Source: a virus (taxonomy: Duplodnaviria > Caudoviricetes). Taken from it: DNA of 56,150 bases. A program made the translations under genes and the position numbers. Positions 17,733 to 26,800 of this stretch are shown here, in pieces. Each line of letters begins with the position of its first letter. Position 1 is the first letter of the stretch. Under the pieces are notes generated by a model that was given only the letters and a program-made list of their open reading frames with translations, did no database searches and was not told where the DNA came from. The stretch is from the IMG/VR virus record IMGVR_UViG_3300045283_000278, positions 1-56,150 of that record; one strand, 5' to 3'.

Positions 17733-18373
17733 GCGTCGCGATCATCGTCCCCGTCCTAGGCCGGCCACACCGCGCCGCGCCGCTCGTGCAGTCGATCACC
17801 GCAACCACACCGGCACCGCGCATCGTCTTCGTCTGTGACACCGACGACGCCGCCCAGCAACAGGCCAGCCGCGCGACCGGCGCCGAGGTCCTCATCGTCG
17901 ACGGCGGATACGCCACGAAGATCAACGCCGGCGTCCGCGCGACCAGCGAGCCGCTCGTGATGCTCGGCGCCGACGACCTCGAGTTCCAGCCCGGCTGGCT
18001 GACCGAAGCTCTGAACGCGATGACCGACGGCATCGAGGTCGTCGGGCTCAACGACCTCATCGAGCGGCCCCGCCGGCCAACGCACGCGACGCACTTCCTC
18101 CTCACGCGCGCCGCCGCCGAGCTTCCGACGATCGACGGACGTCCCGGACCCCTCTGTGAGGCCTACCACCACTCCGCCGTCGACGACGAGCTCATCGCCA
18201 CCGCTACACGACGCGGCATGTACGCCTACGCCGACCGCGCGCACGTCCGCCACCTCCACTGGATGAACGGCGCCGCGCAGGACGACGACACCTACCAGCG
18301 CGGCCGCGCACGGTTCCGCCACGACATGCGGCTCTTCTACGCCCGCTCCCGCCTCTGGAGCACCGCAGCGTGA
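17729..18373 (+). CDS. Glycosyltransferase 1 (GT-A, GT2-like)
   Basis: VAIIVPVLGRP start, KINAG, MLGADD (DxD-like), VDDEL, VRHLHW; ATGA coupled to adaptor. Confidence 0.82.
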   Translation: MSVAIIVPVLGRPHRAAPLVQSITATTPAPRIVFVCDTDDAAQQQASRATGAEVLIVDGGYATKINAGVRATSEPLVMLGADDLEFQPGWLTEALNAMTDGIEVVGLNDLIERPRRPTHATHFLLTRAAAELPTIDGRPGPLCEAYHHSAVDDELIATATRRGMYAYADRAHVRHLHWMNGAAQDDDTYQRGRARFRHDMRLFYARSRLWSTAA

Positions 18374-18996
18374 GCATCGACGCCACCATCGCCGTCGCGA
18401 CGTTCGGCGACTCCTCCTGGGCCGACCTCGCCCAAGCGCGCGCGATTCCGTCCGCCGAGGCCCTCGGCGTCCCCGTCGTCCACGTGCATGACGAGACGCT
18501 CCACGACGCGCGCAACGCCGCCCTCGACCTGGTCGGTACCGAGTGGGTCGTGCACCTCGACGCCGACGACGAGCTCGAGCCCGGCTATCTCGACCACATG
18601 GCATGCGGGACGGCGGATCTCCGCGCGCCGGCCGTCCGCTACGTGCGCGGTCCACGACAGCACACCCCCTACGTCCCGAAGGTCGCCGGCCACACTCACG
18701 ACTGCACCGGCGATTGCATCGCGAGCGGCGCTGGCAACTGGCTGGTCGTCGGCACCATGGCCCGGACGCAACTCCTCCGTGACATCGGCGGCTGGCGGGA
18801 CTGGCCGATGTACGAGGACTTCGATCTCTGGATGCGTGCGCTGCTCACTGGCGCAACCGTCGAGGCCATTCCCAGCGCGGTCTACCGCGCCTTCGCAAGG
18901 CCCGATAGTCGCAACCGGGGGCCGTCCATGGTGGAGAAGAATCGCGTGCACTACGCCATCGTCGCCGCGAACCTCCAAGGGGCGGCAGCGGCGTGA
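18370..18996 (+). CDS. Glycosyltransferase 2 (GT2-like)
   Basis: ARNAAL..V.TEWVVHLDADD, GGW...EDFDLWMR. Confidence 0.88.
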   Translation: MSIDATIAVATFGDSSWADLAQARAIPSAEALGVPVVHVHDETLHDARNAALDLVGTEWVVHLDADDELEPGYLDHMACGTADLRAPAVRYVRGPRQHTPYVPKVAGHTHDCTGDCIASGAGNWLVVGTMARTQLLRDIGGWRDWPMYEDFDLWMRALLTGATVEAIPSAVYRAFARPDSRNRGPSMVEKNRVHYAIVAANLQGAAAA

Positions 18997-19271
18997 ACGC
19001 CGAGAACAAGGACGCCCAGCGCCAGGTGCACGAGGCCATCGGCGGCCTCCTCGACGATGGCGAGATCGCGATCTGCTGGGTGTTGACCATCGACGTCGCC
19101 GGGCCCAACGACACGCGCTACCTCGCGCACCGCGCCGGCGGGGGCCATGACGGCAACGACAACCCGATGGCGTGGACCGCGGCCGGGATGCTCCAGGCGA
19201 GCGCCGACATGGCCCGCGACCAGATGCGCCGGTTCACCGTGGAGACCGACGACGAGGACGAGGACGAGTGA
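18993..19271 (+). CDS. Small acidic hypothetical protein within GT cluster (92 aa)
   Basis: GTGA coupling on both sides; acidic C-terminus. Confidence 0.65.
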   Translation: MNAENKDAQRQVHEAIGGLLDDGEIAICWVLTIDVAGPNDTRYLAHRAGGGHDGNDNPMAWTAAGMLQASADMARDQMRRFTVETDDEDEDE

Positions 19272-19864
19272 GCGTCTGCCTGCTGGCGATCAGCGACGGG
19301 CGCCACGAGTACCACCACCAGGCCTTCCGGTCCGCGCTGCAGCACCTCCCGCGGTTCGACCATCACGTCTTCATCGACGATCCCTCACACGAGCTCGGGT
19401 TCACGGGCGCCGTGATCGAGGGGTGGCGGCAGGTCCTCGAGACCGACGCCGACTTCGTCTGGCACTTCGAGGCTGACTTCACGTTCGACCGGCCGATCCC
19501 GATTGCCGACATGGTGGGGGTGCTCACCGCCCGGCCGTACCTCACGCAGATGGCGCTCCTGCGCCAGCCGTGGAATGACGAGGAGCGCGCCGCGGGCAGC
19601 ATCTACAACCTGATCGCCGCCCAGCTCACCGCCGTCACCGACGGCAACCACCGCTGGCTCGAGCACCGCCGGCCGAACACGACAAACCCGTCGCTGTGGC
19701 CACGCTGGGTCCTCGAGCGCGGCTGGCCGAACGTCCCGCACTCCGAGGGCATCTTCGGCGGAGAGCTCATGCGCTCCGACGACACCTATCGCGCCGCCTA
19801 CTGGGGTCAGGGCGAAGAGTGGTGCGAGCACATCGGCGCGATCCGCGCAGGGAGGGGCTACTAG
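19268..19864 (+). CDS. Glycosyltransferase 3 (GT-A-like)
   Basis: GTG 19268 overlaps upstream stop; FVWHFEADF (ExD variant), NPSLW, EHIG motifs. Confidence 0.68.
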   Translation: MSVCLLAISDGRHEYHHQAFRSALQHLPRFDHHVFIDDPSHELGFTGAVIEGWRQVLETDADFVWHFEADFTFDRPIPIADMVGVLTARPYLTQMALLRQPWNDEERAAGSIYNLIAAQLTAVTDGNHRWLEHRRPNTTNPSLWPRWVLERGWPNVPHSEGIFGGELMRSDDTYRAAYWGQGEEWCEHIGAIRAGRGY

Positions 19865-20674
19865 ATGGGCGAGATCTTCGGCATCACCCGTTCGTACAAC
19901 GAGGCCGACATCATCGAGTCGTCGATCCGCCGCATGTGCGCCCAGGTCGACCACGTCATCATCGGCGACAACAGCGACGACGGCACCGGCGAGATCCTCC
20001 TCGAGCTCGGCGCCAAGGGCCTCCCGATCACCGTCCTTTGGGACGACGCGCCGTCGGTCGCTCAGCGCGACGTCATGACCGCCTACGGCCACCTCGCCCG
20101 GGAGATGGGTGCCACCTGGGGCGTGTTCTTCGACATCGACGAGGTCTGGTACGCCAGCGACACCCGGATCGCCGACGCGCTCGCCGATCTCCCCGACCAC
20201 ATCCTCCTCGCGCCCGCCAGGAACCTGAACCACACGGCATCGACCGCTGATGACCCCGAGGACCCCGACCCAATCCACCGCATGGGCTGGCGCAACGCCG
20301 AGATGCTGCCCCTCGTCAAGGTCGCCTGCCGCCTCCGCGACGACTTGGCGATCGGTCACGGCAACCACAGCGCCAGCTACGCCGGCGAGCGCCACCCCGC
20401 CGCCGTGAACGGGCTGCTCGAAAGCCACCACTACCCCTATCGGTCGCCCGAGCAGTTCATCAAGCGCGTGAAGGGCGCCTGGCCGCAGCTGCGCGACAGC
20501 GGCCTCCCCGAGACCCACGGCGCGCACATGTGGGCCTACGGCCGCCACCTCGACGAGTTCGGCGAGGACGGCCTGCGGCGCTGGTTCGAGAACGGCATGC
20601 TCGCGAAGGACCCGGCGAGCAACCCCGACCTCGTATACGACCCGGCGCCGGCGTGTCCGACGTTGACGTCGTAG
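19865..20674 (+). CDS. Glycosyltransferase 4 (GT2_4-like)
   Basis: YNEADII, DNSDDGT, FFDIDEVW, GHGNH, HHYPYRSPEQF. Confidence 0.85.
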   Translation: MGEIFGITRSYNEADIIESSIRRMCAQVDHVIIGDNSDDGTGEILLELGAKGLPITVLWDDAPSVAQRDVMTAYGHLAREMGATWGVFFDIDEVWYASDTRIADALADLPDHILLAPARNLNHTASTADDPEDPDPIHRMGWRNAEMLPLVKVACRLRDDLAIGHGNHSASYAGERHPAAVNGLLESHHYPYRSPEQFIKRVKGAWPQLRDSGLPETHGAHMWAYGRHLDEFGEDGLRRWFENGMLAKDPASNPDLVYDPAPACPTLTS

Positions 20675-21348
20675 TCGTCGTTCCGTGGCGCCCGGACGAG
20701 CACCCCGCCCGCCAACGCGCCTGGGACTGGACTCGCGCTTGGTACGCCACACGCTTCCCGGGCTGGACGGTCCTGGAGGCGCTGTGCCCCCCGGGCCCGT
20801 GGATCAAGGCCGCGGCGTGCATGCCGCCGGCGCTCGAGCGCCGCGCGCGCGTCACCGTCGTCGCCGACGCCGACGTCATCTGCGACGGCCTGTCCGCCGC
20901 CGTCACCGCCGTCCTACGCGGGCAGCCATGGGCCATCCCGCACCACGCGGTGCACCGGCTCACCGCCCAGGCGACCAACCAGCTGCTTGCTGGCGACGAC
21001 CCCGCCGGCCTCCCCGTCGAGCAGGACGCCTACCGCGGCGTCACCGGCGGCGGCATCACCGTCCTCAGCATCGACGCCCTCGAGACGGTCCCCATGGACC
21101 CACGCTTCGTCGGCTGGGGCCAAGAAGACGAGGCCTGGGGCGTGGCACTGCAGACCATGCTCGGCCGGCCCTGGCGCGGCCTCGACCCGCTCTACCACCT
21201 CTGGCACCCGCCGCAACCCCGGCGGACCCGGAAGATGGGCAACCCGAAGGGCGAGGCCCTGCGCCGACGCTACGCCCTCGCCGCCCGCAGGAAGCCCGAG
21301 ATGAAGGCATTGCTCGCGGAGGTCCCATGTCTCTCTCCCTGCTCCTGA
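20653..21348 (+). CDS. Glycosyltransferase 5 (GT2/GT7-like, galactosyltransferase C-terminal motif)
   Basis: VVVVPWR, VADADV, DPRFVGWGQED, YHLWH; GTG 20653. Confidence 0.85.
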   Translation: MSDVDVVVVVPWRPDEHPARQRAWDWTRAWYATRFPGWTVLEALCPPGPWIKAAACMPPALERRARVTVVADADVICDGLSAAVTAVLRGQPWAIPHHAVHRLTAQATNQLLAGDDPAGLPVEQDAYRGVTGGGITVLSIDALETVPMDPRFVGWGQEDEAWGVALQTMLGRPWRGLDPLYHLWHPPQPRRTRKMGNPKGEALRRRYALAARRKPEMKALLAEVPCLSPCS

Positions 21349-21671
21349 ACCGCCCCTGCACGATCGTCGGCCAGGTCGCCGACGGCACCGTCGACGAGTA
21401 CGGCGGCGAGCTCATCGCCGAGACCCGCACCGACACCGTCTGTGAGCTGCAGCAGGCACAGCGCAGCGAGACCGACCAGGAGGTCGTCGCGACGCGCTGG
21501 ACGCTCTTCCTGCCCGCCGGCACCCAGATCGACGCCGGCGACCGCGTGATCGTCGAGACCGAGACGTTCGAGGTCGACGGCCAGCCGTGGCCTGCGCGTA
21601 ACCCGCGCACCGGCCAGGAGTCGCACATCGAAGCGACCGTCGTGCGCACCGAAGGCACCGCGGGGTCCTGA
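21327..21671 (+). CDS. Head-to-tail stopper / closure protein
   Basis: GGAGG RBS before ATG 21327; DEYG, LFLPAGT.I.AGDRV, FEVDGQP. Confidence 0.8.
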   Translation: MSLSLLLNRPCTIVGQVADGTVDEYGGELIAETRTDTVCELQQAQRSETDQEVVATRWTLFLPAGTQIDAGDRVIVETETFEVDGQPWPARNPRTGQESHIEATVVRTEGTAGS

Positions 21672-22075
21672 TGGTCGACACCGAGCGGATCATCAGCGCC
21701 TACCTCCGCGACCATCCCCTCCTCGCCCAGTGGGCTGACCGGATCGTGCCGCGGACACCGTCCTCCACCGCGTCGGCGTGGCTGCGCGTCCAGCTCATCG
21801 ACGGCCGGCAGGCACCGCGATCGAGGGCCCTTCACCTCATCAACACGCTCGTGCAGATCGACTGCTACGCCGGCGAGGGCGCCGGTGGCCAAGGTGACGC
21901 GAACGGCATGGCGGTCGCCGTCGTCGAGGCGCTCAACGCGATGCCCGGCGCGAGCACGCCCGGAGCCTTCGTGAGCTCCGCGCGCTCGAGCTGGCGGCGA
22001 CTGCCCGATACGACGTTCACGCCCGCGCGGGAGCGTTACATCGTCGAGACGCAACTCGTGCTGCACCCCGCCTGA
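21671..22075 (+). CDS. Tail terminator
   Basis: Position; VQIDCYA motif; 134 aa. Confidence 0.72.
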   Translation: MVDTERIISAYLRDHPLLAQWADRIVPRTPSSTASAWLRVQLIDGRQAPRSRALHLINTLVQIDCYAGEGAGGQGDANGMAVAVVEALNAMPGASTPGAFVSSARSSWRRLPDTTFTPARERYIVETQLVLHPA

Positions 22076-22368
22076 TGGCCACACGGTTCCGGGCCGACCA
22101 CAACTTCGAGGGACAGATCCGGCGGCAGCCGTCCTACCAGGCCGGCATGCACACCGTCGCCGAGCTCGTCGTCGTCGCCGCTGACGCCGCCGCGCCACAC
22201 GTCACCGGCTACTACGGCCGCCACCTCGAGGCCATCGGGAACGCAGCCGTCGCTACCGATCCTTTCGGTCACCTAGTTGAGTGGGGCAGCAAGAACAATC
22301 CGCCCTACGCCCCCCTGCGCCGCGGCGTGCTCGCCGCCGGCCTCCGGCTCGACATCGCCCAGCTCTAA
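22075..22368 (+). CDS. HK97 gp10-like neck/tail completion protein
   Basis: APHVTG.Y and HLVEWGS..NPPYAPLRR motifs. Confidence 0.75.
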   Translation: MATRFRADHNFEGQIRRQPSYQAGMHTVAELVVVAADAAAPHVTGYYGRHLEAIGNAAVATDPFGHLVEWGSKNNPPYAPLRRGVLAAGLRLDIAQL

Positions 22369-22457
22369 CCCGAGCCGGACTTCCCATCTTGACCTAGCCC
22401 CCGTCGGGGGTCGCGGTCTCGGCAGGACCCATCACCCCCGATCAGGAGGCACTCACC

Positions 22458-23036
22458 ATGGCATCGCAGGACGCCACCGAGCTCGTCGTTGCGGGCACCG
22501 GTGACATCTACGTCGGCCCCGTCGGGGCGACGCTTCCCACGACCGCAGTCGCCGCGCCGTCGCCGCACTTCGTGCAGCTCGGGTTCACCACCGAGGATGG
22601 CGTCACGCTCACCCGCACCCCGGAGATCCAGGACTTCGGTGCCTGGCAGTCGCGCACGCCGGTGCGTCGCGAGCTGACCAGCGAGGAGGTCACGCTCGCC
22701 TTCCAGCTCGAGCAGTGGAACGCTGAGAACTTCGCGTTCGCGTTCGGCGGCGGCGAGATCACCGACCTCGGCGGCGGCATGTACCGCTACGACTTCCTCG
22801 CCCCCGAGGACCAGCTCGCCGAGAACTCGCTGATCGCCGACTGGCGCGACGGCAGCAAGCGCTACCGGCTGTGCATCCCGCGCGGCAACGTCACGGAGAG
22901 CACGGAGACCCAGCTCGTCCGCGGCGCCCTCGCGGTGCTCCCGGTGAGCTTCAAGGCGCTCGCGCCAGACGACGCGAGCTCGCCCGCATACCTCCTGACG
23001 AACGACCCGAACTTCGGGGACCCGATCGCATCGTGA
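22458..23036 (+). CDS. Major tail protein
   Basis: AGGAGG RBS; G.IYVGPVG..LP, LGFTTEDGV, AWQS..PVR. Confidence 0.88.
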   Translation: MASQDATELVVAGTGDIYVGPVGATLPTTAVAAPSPHFVQLGFTTEDGVTLTRTPEIQDFGAWQSRTPVRRELTSEEVTLAFQLEQWNAENFAFAFGGGEITDLGGGMYRYDFLAPEDQLAENSLIADWRDGSKRYRLCIPRGNVTESTETQLVRGALAVLPVSFKALAPDDASSPAYLLTNDPNFGDPIAS

Positions 23037-23383
23037 GCACCGCCACCGCAGCGTCCAAGAACGGGGCGAAGGCCGCAGCGCCTTCGCCCCGTGAGATCGA
23101 CCTCGACGGCGCCCGGGCCGCGCGCGCGGAGTCCGCGAGCGAGCCCGTCTCGCTCGTGTTCGGCGGGGACACGTTTACTCTGCCCGTGGAGTTGCCCGCG
23201 GACTTCGCGCTGTACGCCGCCGAGGGCAACCTGCGGGCGTGCGTCGTTGCACTCCTCGGCGAGGACGCGGATGCGTTCTTCGCCTGGAAGCCGTCGATGG
23301 ACGACCTCACCGCCCTCGTCACGGGCGCGTCCAAGGTGTACGGGATGTCCGAGGGGGAATCACCGGCCTCGCCGAGTTCCTGA
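23033..23383 (+). CDS. Tail assembly chaperone (short form)
   Basis: Between major tail and tape measure; ends SEGESPASPSS over slippery site. Confidence 0.8.
   Translation: MSTATAASKNGAKAAAPSPREIDLDGARAARAESASEPVSLVFGGDTFTLPVELPADFALYAAEGNLRACVVALLGEDADAFFAWKPSMDDLTALVTGASKVYGMSEGESPASPSS
23353..23359 (+). promoter_or_regulatory. -1 ribosomal frameshift slippery site GGGGGAA
   Basis: Heptamer near chaperone end; -1 frame is open to 23805. Confidence 0.8.
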
Positions 23384-23805
23384 CCGCCCGCTGGGCGCTC
23401 GTCGAGGCCGACTTCCAGCGGTTCTACAAGCTCGACCTCAGGACCGAGTTCCGCTGCACCGGCTGCCGACGGCTGCTGGCCCTCATCAAGGGACTGCCGG
23501 CCGAGGCGGCGGTGTGGCGCGACGAGAAGCCGAAGTGGTCGCAGCAAGACGAACTGCTCGCGACGGTCAGCGAGGTCGTGGACGCGTGGGGCCGGCGGAT
23601 CATGTTCGCCGTCTCCCAGGGGCCGGTCAAGAAGCCGAGGTTCCCCGAGTCGATCGTGGACCTCCACCACCCCGACCGGCCCAGTGCACCACGCACCGCA
23701 GTACAGAGAGCCGCGCCACGGCGCCCGCGCGATGAGCACGGCCGCGCCGCGGCCGAGATCGACCTCGCGGCCGCGAACCGGTTCTTCAACCGCATGAGGA
23801 GGTGA
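23353..23805 (+). CDS. Tail assembly chaperone frameshift extension
   Basis: -1 frame encodes VEADFQRFYKLDLR..LLALIKGLP..W motif typical of actinophage chaperone extensions. Confidence 0.8.
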   Translation, partial: GGITGLAEFLTARWALVEADFQRFYKLDLRTEFRCTGCRRLLALIKGLPAEAAVWRDEKPKWSQQDELLATVSEVVDAWGRRIMFAVSQGPVKKPRFPESIVDLHHPDRPSAPRTAVQRAAPRRPRDEHGRAAAEIDLAAANRFFNRMRR

Positions 23806-23812
23806 TGTAGCG

Positions 23813-26800
23813 ATGGCTCTGGGGGCTCGTGTCGGTACGGCGTACGTGGAGATCGAAGGCGACTTCTCTCCGCTGAACCGGCAACTCGCGTCCCTGTCGG
23901 GGCCATTCGCCGCGAAGTCGAAGAGCATCGGCGACTCGTTCTCGCGCGGGCTGACCCCCGGGCTCGACCGCGCCAGAGACTCCATGCGCGGCGTCGCCGA
24001 CGCCAGCCAGCACCTGGCTGCCGCTGAGCGGTCCCTGGCCGACCAGACGCTCAAGGCCAAGGACGCAACCCTCAAGGTCAGTGAGGCAGAGGCCAAGCTC
24101 TCAGCCGTCAGGAAGCGCCACGGCGACGACAGCACCCAAGCCCAACGCGCCGAGGTTGCCCTCGAGCGCGCCCGGCTGAACGTCACCCAGTCCAACAGCC
24201 GCGTCGAGGCAGCTGAACGCAAGGTCGCCAGCGCCCGTCAGGGCAGCGAGCGCGACACGCATGGCCTCACCCGCAGCCTCCTGGACCTCGATAGCTCGCT
24301 GCGCGTGTCCACCGGCGGCATGGGCGGCTTCGGCCGGGCCGTGCATCTCGTCAAGCCCGCGGCGCTCATCACCGGGATCGGCCTCGTAGCCCAAGGCCTG
24401 AGCGCTGCTGCCGGCGGCGCGATCGCCGTCACGAGCGCGCTGGCGCCGGTCGCCGGCGTCGCCGCTGCGGCGGGTGTCGGGCTGACCGCGGCCGCCCAGG
24501 GCGCCGGCACGTTCGCGCTCGCGACATGGGGGCTCGGCGACGCGCTCAAGGAACAGGTCAAGGCCCACGCCGCCACCGCGACCGGAGCGGGAAACACCGC
24601 CTCGGCCGAACGCGCTGCCGCGAAGGCGATCGAGACCGCCGAGCTCGGCGTCACCAACGCCAAGGACCAGGTGCGCGCGGCCGGCCTCCGCGTCGCCGAA
24701 GCTCATCGGGCCGAGAAGGCCGCCAGCGAGTCTCTGGCCGATGCTGAGCGCGACGCGACGCGAGCCGTCGCCGGGCTCACAGACGCCCGAGCCCGCGCCC
24801 GCCGCGAACTCGAAGACCTACGCAGCGCTGTCACCGACAGCGCGCTGGCAGAGGCCCGCGCAACGCAGACCCTTCACGACGCCCGCGCCGAGCTCGAGCG
24901 CCTCGAGGCCGGCGCTTCCGCCGACGACGTCGCAGCGGCTCACGACCGGGTCACCGAGTCCGTCACGTCCGAGACGCGCGCCACCCAGGCGCTGCAGGAT
25001 GCCCGCGATGCGCTTGCTGCGGCCGAGGCCGGACCCACCGCTACCGACGTCGCCGACGCACACGACAAGCTCGGCGACGCGCAGCGCGCCGAGCAGCGCG
25101 CAACGCTGGACCTCACGCAGACGCGCAAGGACGCCCAGGCTGTCCTCGACGACTCAGCCTCGAGCGACGAGGACAAGGCCCGGGCACGCCTCGACGTCGC
25201 CGACGCCGAGGACCGCGTCAAGGACGCGACCAACGACACCGCGAAGGCCCAGGCCGCGCTCGCCGAGCTCGAGAAGGGCCCCGATCAGAAGAAGATCGCC
25301 GACGCCCGGATCACGGTCGCCGAGGCCGAGGAGCGCGTCAACGACGCTCGCCGCGAGGCCGCCGGCGCCCAGAAGGACCTCGACACCCTCGAGCAGCCGG
25401 CAAGCGCCGACGACCTCGCCAAGGCGCGCCTGAACGTCGCCGAAGCCGAGAACACGCTCGCCGAGTCCATCCGCGACCACAAGCGCGACCAGGAGGACCT
25501 CACCGCCGCTGAGAAGAAGGGTGTGGAGGGCTCCGACGCGGTCGTCGGCGCGTTGCAGGACATCGTTGACGCCAACCGGCGTGTCCGGGACGCCGAGCAG
25601 GGCGTCAAGGACGCGCGCCGCGACAGCGTCGAGGCGGCACGCGACCTCACGCGTTCCCACCAGGACGTCGCCCGCGCGATTCGCGATGTCCGCGACGCCG
25701 AGCTTGCTCAGGCTGAGAGCTCCGCGGCCGCCGCCACCGGCGCCGCACACCTCAGCGAGGCGTTCGACTCGCTGCCCGGGCCGGCGCAGGCCTTCGTCCG
25801 GACCCTCATCGCGCTCAAGCCCAAGCTCGACGACCTTCGCGAGACCGCGGCCGCCGGCATCTTCCCGGGCGCCACGGCGGGGCTGGAGTCCGCGGTGAGG
25901 AACTTCGACTCGGTCAAGACCGTCGTCGGCCAGACCGCCTCCGTCATCGGCGACCTCGCTCGCCAGGCCGGCGACCTCATCGGCAGTCCCGCGTTCGGGC
26001 GTGACCTCGAGCGAGTCGGGTCCCGCAACGCCGACATCATCGCGACCCTCGGCCAAGGCGCCCTGCGTCTCGGCGACGCCTTCCGCCACATCGTCGTCGC
26101 GGCCGGACCGCTGACGACATGGCTCGCGAACCTTGCCGGAGGCTGGGCCGCCACCATCGACGCCGAGGCACAGGCCGGCCGTGAGTCCGGGCGCCTCGCC
26201 GGGTTCTTCGACCAGACCCGCGACGTCATCCAGCGGCTCGTCAGCATCGCCACCCACCTCGGCCGGGCGTTCTGGGAGATCGGCCGCGCAGCCGCCCCGT
26301 TGGGCCGAGACATCCTCGCCGCGATCGACGGGGCCGCGAGCCGCTTCGACGACTGGACGCACAGTCTCGAGGGCCGCAACCGGCTGCGCGACTACTTCGA
26401 GCGGGCGCGCGCCCCGATCTTCGAGCTCGGCCGCCTCATCCATGACGTCACGAACACGTTCTTCCGGCTTGGCAATGGCGACCAGGTCGCGCCGCTATTG
26501 CACCAGATCCGCACGCAGCTGCTCCCGATGTTCGAGCAGGTCATCTCGTCGACGACCTCCGCGTTTGGCCCGCACCTCATCAACGCGCTTACGCAGATCA
26601 CCCGGCTCTTCGGCGCGATGGCAGGCAGCAGCGGGCCGCTCACCCACTTCGTCGACCTCATTGGGCTGCTCGCCGGCGTCATGGCCGATCTGCTGACCAA
26701 CAACCCGGCGCTGCAGACCATGACGGTGTCGCTGCTTGGGTTCGCCGGCGTCCTCAAGGCCCTGCGCCTGACCGCCGCCGTGACCGGCATGGCCGCGCTC

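Noticed and set aside
17729-21348. GT cluster as DNA hypermodification system
   Set aside because: No base-hydroxylase, hydroxymethylase or DNA polymerase recognised, and the cluster lies in the late structural operon; less likely but not excluded
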